Of a stretch of DNA of 14,244 nucleotides, positions 8,786 through 14,244 are shown in pieces. Each line of letters opens with the position of its first letter. Positions within the stretch are counted from its first letter, which is position 1. Both the position numbers and the translations under genes were made by a program. The stretch covers positions 1 through 14,244 of the forward strand of contig CBDBHR010000014.1 in the NCBI GenBank assembly GCA_965205865.1. Direction: 5' to 3'. The notes below the pieces were generated by a model that saw only the letters and a program-made list of their open reading frames with translations, was not told the origin of the DNA and did no database searches. This DNA comes from a bacterium. Its GTDB lineage: Bacteria > SAR324 > NAC60-12.

Positions 8786-9676
8786 ATGAGATTTTATATC
8801 TATGAAAAATACTTATATTACGGTTTTGCATACAGTTTGGTTATAATTGCTGTTTTTCCAGTCTATTGGACACTGATTTCTTCCCTGAAAGTTCCAAGTG
8901 AGTTGATCACCAGTTCCCCTACATTTTTTCCTGAAAAATTCACTTTTGAATACTACATTGATGTCTGGAATCTAGATAATACCGGATTGAAGGATGGCGA
9001 AACAATAGTTCATGATAAACCTCCGATAGGGTTGGTCGACGCATTTTTGAATAGTACAATCGTATCTATTGGCACAATCATTTTGAGTGTCATTCTAACA
9101 ACATTAACTGGGTATTCGTTATCAATGTTTCAATTGCCGTTTAAAAATCTATTCTTCATTCTTCTGATTTTTCCTATCTTGGTGCCAAATCTGTCACTGG
9201 CGGTGCCCTTGTATAAATTACTAAAAGATATTGGTCTCTTAGATACCCATTTGGCGTTAATTTTCATTCATACCGTCGCCATGCTCCCATTGGGAACATT
9301 CATGATGAGGAATTCATTTGATTCCATACCAAAATCTCTCAGAGAAATATCAATCCTTGAGGGAGCCGGTGAACTTAAAATCATTGTGACTGTGATGTTG
9401 CCATTGGCACTTCCTGGATTGTTGACGGTCATGGTATTTGCGTTATTCATTTCATGGAACGACTACCTGATGGCATTCATTATGACAAATAAACCTGAGA
9501 TGACCATGCTGAACGTGGCCTTATCCAAGATTGCCAGAGGAGGATCTCAGTTCGAGATGAAATGGGGGCATTTAACTGCTGGTTCCATGATTAGTTTTCT
9601 CCCAATTATTATATTTTATACCGTCTTGCAGCGATATTTTGTAAGAGGGGTCACTGGAAGTGCAGTAAAAGAGTAA
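8786..9676 (+). CDS. Carbohydrate ABC transporter permease (MalG-like)
   Basis: Intact, hydrophobic 296 aa with FPVYWTLISSLK, the EAA-type loop SIPKSLREISILEGAG, WNDYL and LQRYFVRGVTGSAVKE. Confidence 0.93.
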   Translation: MRFYIYEKYLYYGFAYSLVIIAVFPVYWTLISSLKVPSELITSSPTFFPEKFTFEYYIDVWNLDNTGLKDGETIVHDKPPIGLVDAFLNSTIVSIGTIILSVILTTLTGYSLSMFQLPFKNLFFILLIFPILVPNLSLAVPLYKLLKDIGLLDTHLALIFIHTVAMLPLGTFMMRNSFDSIPKSLREISILEGAGELKIIVTVMLPLALPGLLTVMVFALFISWNDYLMAFIMTNKPEMTMLNVALSKIARGGSQFEMKWGHLTAGSMISFLPIIIFYTVLQRYFVRGVTGSAVKE

Positions 9677-9678
9677 AG

Positions 9679-10731
9679 ATGCCTAATTTGACTTTAAAAA
9701 ATGTAACCAAAAAATGGAAAGAAATCACGGGTGTCAATAACGTTTCCCTCAACATCAACGACGGGGAATTCATTGTTCTGCTGGGACCCTCAGGATGTGG
9801 AAAAACAACCACGATGCGTTTGATTGCAGGATTGGAGGAAATCACAGAGGGTGAGATCTATATTGGGGATGAATTGGTGAATGATGTTGATCCGAGGAAA
9901 AGGGATGTTGCCATGGTCTTTCAGAATTATTCACTATTTCCGCACATGAGCGTGCGAAACAACTTAGCCTATCCACTGAAGATAAAAAGATTTTCCAAAG
10001 AAGCACAGAAAAAACTCATCCAAGACGTCGCAGACCTTGTTGAATTGGGCGAATTATTGGATCGTAAACCTGCAGAATTGTCTGGGGGTCAGCGACAACG
10101 TGTCGCTTTAGGAAGAGCGTTGATCAGAAAACCAAAGGTGTTCTTGATGGATGAACCCTTATCGAACCTGGATGCAATATTGAGATTATCAATGCGTTCA
10201 GAACTAAAAAATCTTCATCATAAATTACCGGTAACCACAATCTATGTTACTCACGATCAGGTTGAGGCGATGACTTTGGCAGATAGAATCGCAGTCATGA
10301 GCCAAGGCAATCTCCTCCAATTTGATGATCCACATATAATTTATGACCAACCAAAGAATAGTTTTGTGGCTGGATTTATCGGCAACCCCGCCATGAACCT
10401 GATTGATGGGACGATAGAAAATAATGAATTCAAATCCCATTTATTGAAATTCAAAATCAATACTGAAAATAGAGATGAAGTGACGATGGGGGTAAGGCCC
10501 CAAAATATTAAAATTTGTAGCGCAGCAGACGCTTTTGGTAATGGGCGCATTTTTTCTTCAGAAATGACAGGAGAAGATACAATCATCACTATTGAGTCGG
10601 GTGACAAGCAAATAATCATTAAAGAAGATCCTGCTTTTACGGGAGAAATCGACGAAATGGTACATTTTAATTTTGATTTGTCGAATTGTCATTTTTTCGA
10701 ATCAGAAAGTGGTAACCGCATTACTATATAA
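9679..10731 (+). CDS. Carbohydrate ABC transporter ATP-binding protein (MalK/UgpC family)
   Basis: Walker A GPSGCGKTT, signature LSGGQRQR, Walker B FLMDEPLSNLD, H-loop VTHDQ, and a TOBE-like C-terminus. Confidence 0.95.
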   Translation: MPNLTLKNVTKKWKEITGVNNVSLNINDGEFIVLLGPSGCGKTTTMRLIAGLEEITEGEIYIGDELVNDVDPRKRDVAMVFQNYSLFPHMSVRNNLAYPLKIKRFSKEAQKKLIQDVADLVELGELLDRKPAELSGGQRQRVALGRALIRKPKVFLMDEPLSNLDAILRLSMRSELKNLHHKLPVTTIYVTHDQVEAMTLADRIAVMSQGNLLQFDDPHIIYDQPKNSFVAGFIGNPAMNLIDGTIENNEFKSHLLKFKINTENRDEVTMGVRPQNIKICSAADAFGNGRIFSSEMTGEDTIITIESGDKQIIIKEDPAFTGEIDEMVHFNFDLSNCHFFESESGNRITI

Positions 10732-10768
10732 ATGATATGCGAATCAGGAGTTGAAATTTAATTTATAA

Positions 10769-10781
10769 AATCAATATTTTA
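10769..10781 (+). promoter_or_regulatory. IHF-binding consensus inside element B
   Basis: AATCAATATTTTA is an exact match to WATCAANNNNTTR and is preceded by an AT tract. Confidence 0.5.
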
Positions 10782-10792
10782 ATAACTATGAT

Positions 10793-10870
10793 GTGTCATG
10801 CCGGACTTGATCCGGCATCCAAAATATCGCCCGTATCCCCCTGGATTCCGGGGCAAGCCCGGAATGACAC
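10793..10870. repeat. Inverted doublet of GTCA-type REP-like palindromes, copy 1
   Basis: GTGTCATGCCGGACTTGATCCGGCATCCA (10793-10821) and TGGATTCCGGGGCAAGCCCGGAATGACAC (10842-10870). Each forms a hairpin and the two are inverted relative to each other. Confidence 0.88.
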
Positions 10871-10907
10871 GTTTTTTAACTCCTGATTCACGTAAATGAT
10901 ATAATGG

Positions 10908-10939
10908 AGTCGTCATGAGTCATTCTTGATGGCTTTTTT
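10908..10939 (+). terminator. Putative intrinsic terminator of the ABC operon
   Basis: AGTCGTCATGA-GTCAT-TCTTGATGGCT stem (G-U pairs, one mismatch) followed by a T run. Confidence 0.5.
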
Positions 10940-10983
10940 AAATGTAAACCTTCACCAATGGCAGAACGATGAGAAAAGAAGAA

Positions 10984-11088
10984 TATGCACTAGGAGAATC
11001 AAATGTGATTCCACCCGCTCATTTTTTTAGAAAAGAAGAGAGCGAATACACCAATTATGCACTAGCAGAACAAAATGTAAATCCACCC
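10984..11088 (+). repeat. Imperfect 33-bp direct repeat with a 72-bp period upstream of the GRE gene
   Basis: TATGCACTAGGAGAATCAAATGTGATTCCACCC (10984-11016) and TATGCACTAGCAGAACAAAATGTAAATCCACCC (11056-11088) match at 28/33. AGAAAAGAAGA occurs upstream of each. Confidence 0.85.
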
Positions 11089-11115
11089 GAATGTTTATCA
11101 TCGGGAAGGAACTGG

Positions 11116-12607
11116 ATGGAAGACAAGCTTGCTGCCTTCAAGCAGGATATTCTTCTAGGCAATAAAGAATTCTGTTTTATAAAACGTTTGAAAGTTCAAC
11201 AGAGAGTGAAAGCGGAGCTTTCTGATGTTGCTATTGATGAAAGATATGTCCAGGCGCTGGAGTGGATGCTGGAGGATTTGTCGACGCCTTTGGTAGAAGG
11301 AGAGGTGTTGGCCGGACGAATGGTCGAAGGCCCGTGGCCCCATGAAATGGAGGCTCCAAAAATGCCAGAAGAGGGGGGCGTTCCGGCTGAAGTGGCCTAT
11401 CCTTTTTTCCCAAGATCAGCAAGGAAGACGCTTGTAATTACAGCTTTACCGCCTGTAACCGCATTGACCTTCCGGGCCTCATGTCAACCTTTATGACCGG
11501 TAATGAGAACTTCCACGTCATGCCAACATGGCTCCTGGCTGCTTTGAACGGCGGCCATGCTGTTGAAGACAGTTACGCCTTACATGACCAAGGATACCAT
11601 GATCTGGACATTGATCCAGACGCTTGGAACATCCCGGGGGCGGGGGGCCCGGTGGGCGCGCTTCCAAAAGTCCAACCAGTTGAAGGGATAATCCCCTTGG
11701 ATCAGACCAGATCTATGGAGGACTTCCTGAGCAATTTCCGTCTTCTGGTCGAAGCTGGGGTCGCCCATGCGCACAAGAATGCCGTGGAGCAACATAGAAG
11801 ATTTGAACCCCCGGAAACATTTCATTTTGATTCGGTCTTGATGCATGATTCCCTGGAAAAATGCCTGGATATTACGCAAGGCGGGATGCGCTATCCTACG
11901 GACATCCATCTTTTTTTGGGTCTGGCCACCGTTGCCGATTCTCTGACGGCCATCAATCAGCTGGTTTTTGAGGAAAAGCGGTATTCCTTGCCGGAGTTCA
12001 TGGCCATCGTCAGAAACAACTTTGAGGGTCATGATAAGTTGCGGAGGGAGATTTTGTATCAATTTCCGCGTTACGGTAACGACAAAGAAGCGGCTGACCG
12101 CTGGGCCGTGGTTGTTTCCGACCTTGTCCTGGATGTGCTCCATTGCACAGAAGGCGAACCGAACTACACCCTCATTCCCACAATTTATTCATTGTTCCTC
12201 AGTCATAAGTTGGGGGACGCGTATCCGGCTACCCCCGACGGACGCAAGCGGGGAGAATCCATCAGTGAAAACCAATCACCAACCCACGGGGCCGATGTGG
12301 ACGGAGTGACCTCTTGTTTGCGAAGCGCGGCAAAAATTCCAAACGGGCGCACCGTGGAAAGCGGCTTGAATCTCCGCTTAGTGGAAAACTCGACCCGGAA
12401 CGGTTTATGGCTTTGGCAGAAACCTTCTTCGATCTGGGAGGACAGCATCTTGGTGTTTCCCTGACAGATGTTGATACCCTCAAGGCAGCCGTTGAAAGCC
12501 CTGAAGAGCACCTGGATCTTGAAGTCTGCGTTACAGGTTACAGCGCCTTTTTCACGGGGCTTGGAGAAAAAACCCAGCAAGACATTATAGACCGAACCGA
12601 CCATTAA
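11116..12607 (+). pseudogene. Glycyl radical enzyme (PFL-like superfamily) with internal deletion and frameshift
   Basis: The N-terminal part (ERYVQALEWMLEDLSTPLVEGEVLAG, frame 1; start 11116 with RBS, or 10969) jumps near 11413 to frame 3: ISKEDACNYSFTACNRIDLPG..GLATVADSLTAI..PRYGND..ATPDGRKRGESISEN. A one-base loss near 12378 follows, then the Gly loop VCVTGYSAFF..QDIIDRTDH in frame 2. Confidence 0.9.
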
Positions 12608-12786
12608 GTAATAGGACAAAATTAAACTGGTATTTTGTTTTGTCATTCCTGGCTTGCCCGGGAATCCAGGGAATCAATTGAAGCCCCCTGGATACCGGAT
12701 CAAGTCCGGTATGACACAATCATCATGAATGTAAGATATACTTACAAATCTTCATTCAAAATCATGGAATAATTTTGTCTAGGTAC
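12608..12786. mobile_element. MITE-like element C (179 bp) with 17-bp TIRs, TTAA (or TA) flanks and REP doublet
   Basis: GTAATAGGACAAAATTA (12608-12624) matches the reverse complement of 12770-12786 (GTACCTAGACAAAATTA) at 13/17. TTAA lies at 12604-12607 (including the GRE stop) and 12787-12790. Confidence 0.68.
12641..12717. repeat. Inverted doublet of GTCA-type REP-like palindromes, copy 2 (opposite orientation to copy 1)
   Basis: TGTCATTCCTGGCTTGCCCGGGAATCCA (12641-12668) and TGGATACCGGATCAAGTCCGGTATGACAC (12689-12717). Confidence 0.88.
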
Positions 12787-12823
12787 TTAATTGAGAATTT
12801 TTTAACGGATGTGAGAGATCTTT

Positions 12824-13772
12824 ATGATGAACCCCAAATTTTTTCATGCCAAAGGTAAGCCTGCCGAAGAGTTAAAGGGCACCGTGATCAACATGCAACG
12901 ATACGCGATGCATGATGGTCCAGGAATTCGAACGCTGGTCTACATGAAGGGATGTCCCTTAAGGTGCGTGTGGTGTTCCACCCCTCACTCGCAACTAAGG
13001 GGTTTCGAAATTCTTCATGATCAGAATAAATGCCTGCAAAGCGGAGACTGTGTTGAAATATGCGAGGCTCAAGCAATTACGCTTTCTGAGGAGGGGATAA
13101 AGATTAATCGAGATCGCTGTACAAAGTGCAGAGAGTGTGTCACCCGCCTGCCCGAACCTGGCCCTGGAAATGGCAGGAAATTACATGACCGTTGATGAAC
13201 TGTTCCATGAGGTGAACAAGGATAGCCCGTTCTATAAGACCTCAAAGGGTGGCGTAACGGTCGGGGGCGGCGAAGCCACCATGCAGCATGAATTCCTGAC
13301 CGCGTTCTTCAAAAAGTGCAAAGAGCATGAAATACACACGGCGATCGAAACATGCGGCTATGTCAAGTGGAAGAATCTAGAGGGGATTCTTGAACATCTC
13401 GACCTGGTCCATTTCGACATAAAGCACATGAATCCCGTCACTCACAAAGCACTCACCGGCGTTCCCAATGAACTGATCCTGGATAATGCCAGAAAAACCG
13501 CCGCCTTGCGTCCCATCATTATCCGCATTCCTGTCATTCCAGGGTGTAATGATTCCGAGGAGAACATAGCGGCCACCGCAAGGTTCACCGCGGAATTGGG
13601 GGATAATTTTATCCACCTTGAGCTGATGCCCTATCACAACTTAGGTTCCCATACCTTTAGCAAGCTTGACCGACCTTATGAACTTTCTCACCTCGAGCCT
13701 CCCTCTGACGAGCATATGAACCGCCTGAAAATGGTGGTTGAATCCTGTGGTGTCTCCGCTCATATCCATTAA
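12824..13772 (+). pseudogene. Glycyl-radical activating enzyme (radical SAM with ferredoxin insert), +1 frameshift
   Basis: HDGPGIRTLVYMKGCPLRCVWC (CxxxCxxC), ferredoxin motifs, GGVTVGGGE, HTAIETCG and IRIPVIPGCND. An extra C at 13143-13145 breaks CTKCRECVT/ACP. Confidence 0.92.
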
Positions 13773-13896
13773 AAGCCAAACGAGAGAAATAAAGGGAGGG
13801 GAGAAAATCAATTCTTCCTACCGTGGCGTCAACGAAAACAGGATTATGAAGATAGAGAAAAATATTCTCTTTCTTTCCATGGGAATCTCTGCTAGC

Positions 13897-13926
13897 TTAG
13901 CTAAGGCTATTGGTCAAGTTAACTAA
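13897..13926. promoter_or_regulatory. Putative autoregulatory operator boxes of the phd-vapC operon
   Basis: Three related near-palindromic 8-mers: TTAGCTAA (13897), TTGGTCAA (13910) and TTAACTAA (13919), just before the AAGGA RBS. Confidence 0.5.
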
Positions 13927-13940
13927 TAAAAGGAAATACC

Positions 13941-14171
13941 ATGCATCAAGTGACGATTCATGAAGCCAAAACGCATTTATCCAAATTGATTCAAGAAGCG
14001 CTGAATGGAGAGGAAGTGATTATTGCCAAGGGCAAAGCCCCCCTCGTTCGTTTAGAAGTGCTTCCTCATGTAAAAGTGGAACGGCGGTTAGGCGGAGCCA
14101 AAGGGCTCATTGTCCATATGGATGACGATTTTAACACACCTCTTGAGGATTTTGCGGAGTATATGGAATGA
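13941..14171 (+). CDS. Phd/YefM-family antitoxin
   Basis: VTIHEAKTHLSKLIQEALNGEEVIIAKGKAPLVRL..DDFNTPLEDF, with an ATGA overlap with the toxin. Confidence 0.92.
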   Translation: MHQVTIHEAKTHLSKLIQEALNGEEVIIAKGKAPLVRLEVLPHVKVERRLGGAKGLIVHMDDDFNTPLEDFAEYME

Positions 14172-14244
14172 AGCTCCTGCTGGACACACACGCATTTTTG
14201 TGGGGTATTGCCCGGCCAGAAGCCCTGAGTTAAAAAGCCAAGTT
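14168..14244 (+). pseudogene. vapC: VapC/PIN-domain toxin, 3'-partial, premature TAA at codon 22
   Basis: MKLLLDTHAFLWGIARPEALS*KAK; TAA at 14231-14233. Confidence 0.8.

Larger units (their letters stand above)
10738..10892. mobile_element. MITE-like element B (155 bp) with 19-bp TIRs, apparent 9-bp target duplication, IHF-like site and REP doublet
   Basis: TGCGAATCAGGAGTTGAAA (10738-10756) matches the reverse complement of 10874-10892 (CGTGAATCAGGAGTTAAAA) at 16/19. The direct repeat TAAATGATA lies at 10729-10737 (starting with the ATPase stop codon) and 10893-10901. Confidence 0.82.

Noticed and set aside
10959-10975. Sigma54 promoter (TGGCAG...)
   Set aside because: No TTGC -12 element at the required spacing.
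10984-11088. Mini CRISPR array (33-bp repeats, 39-bp spacer)
   Set aside because: Only two units with 5 mismatches, not palindromic, no typical repeat terminus, and no cas genes in the window.
12375-13146. Programmed frameshifting in the GRE and its activase
   Set aside because: No slippery heptamers at either site, and the GRE also carries a large deletion, so decay or sequencing error is simpler.
396-13926. Numerous short antisense or alternate-frame ORFs in the track (e.g. 1165-1626, 5389-5793, 11580-12143, 13738-13926)
   Set aside because: They shadow recognisable genes or intergenic DNA and show no motifs.

Overview
A 14.2-kb bacterial accessory region, mostly on the + strand, with a patchy base composition and heavy gene decay. 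Gene order: fused biotin carboxylase-BCCP-carboxyltransferase (frameshifted), family III CoA-transferase (internal deletion plus nonsense codon), Uma2/DUF820 nuclease (- strand, intact), a 106-bp AraC remnant, GH127 beta-L-arabinofuranosidase (both ends kept, middle deleted), truncated TauD dioxygenase, an intact antitoxin-mazF pair, a truncated AraC regulator joined to a sugar ABC binding protein that is itself joined in frame to half a permease, an intact second permease and MalK-type ATPase, a glycyl radical enzyme with an unusual Cys loop (internal deletion plus frameshift), its frameshifted activating enzyme, and a phd-vapC pair with a nonsense codon in the toxin. Two patterns are not visible in the ORF track. 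First, there are four elements of about 155-210 bp bounded by terminal inverted repeats (TIRs), plus one solo end. Three of them sit at the TAA stop codon of a gene, have apparent target duplications and carry an internal inverted repeat or REP doublet, and the same REP doublet occurs inside two unrelated TIR shells. Second, several genes have lost large internal segments while keeping both ends. Protein family calls come from motif recognition by eye, not database searches.
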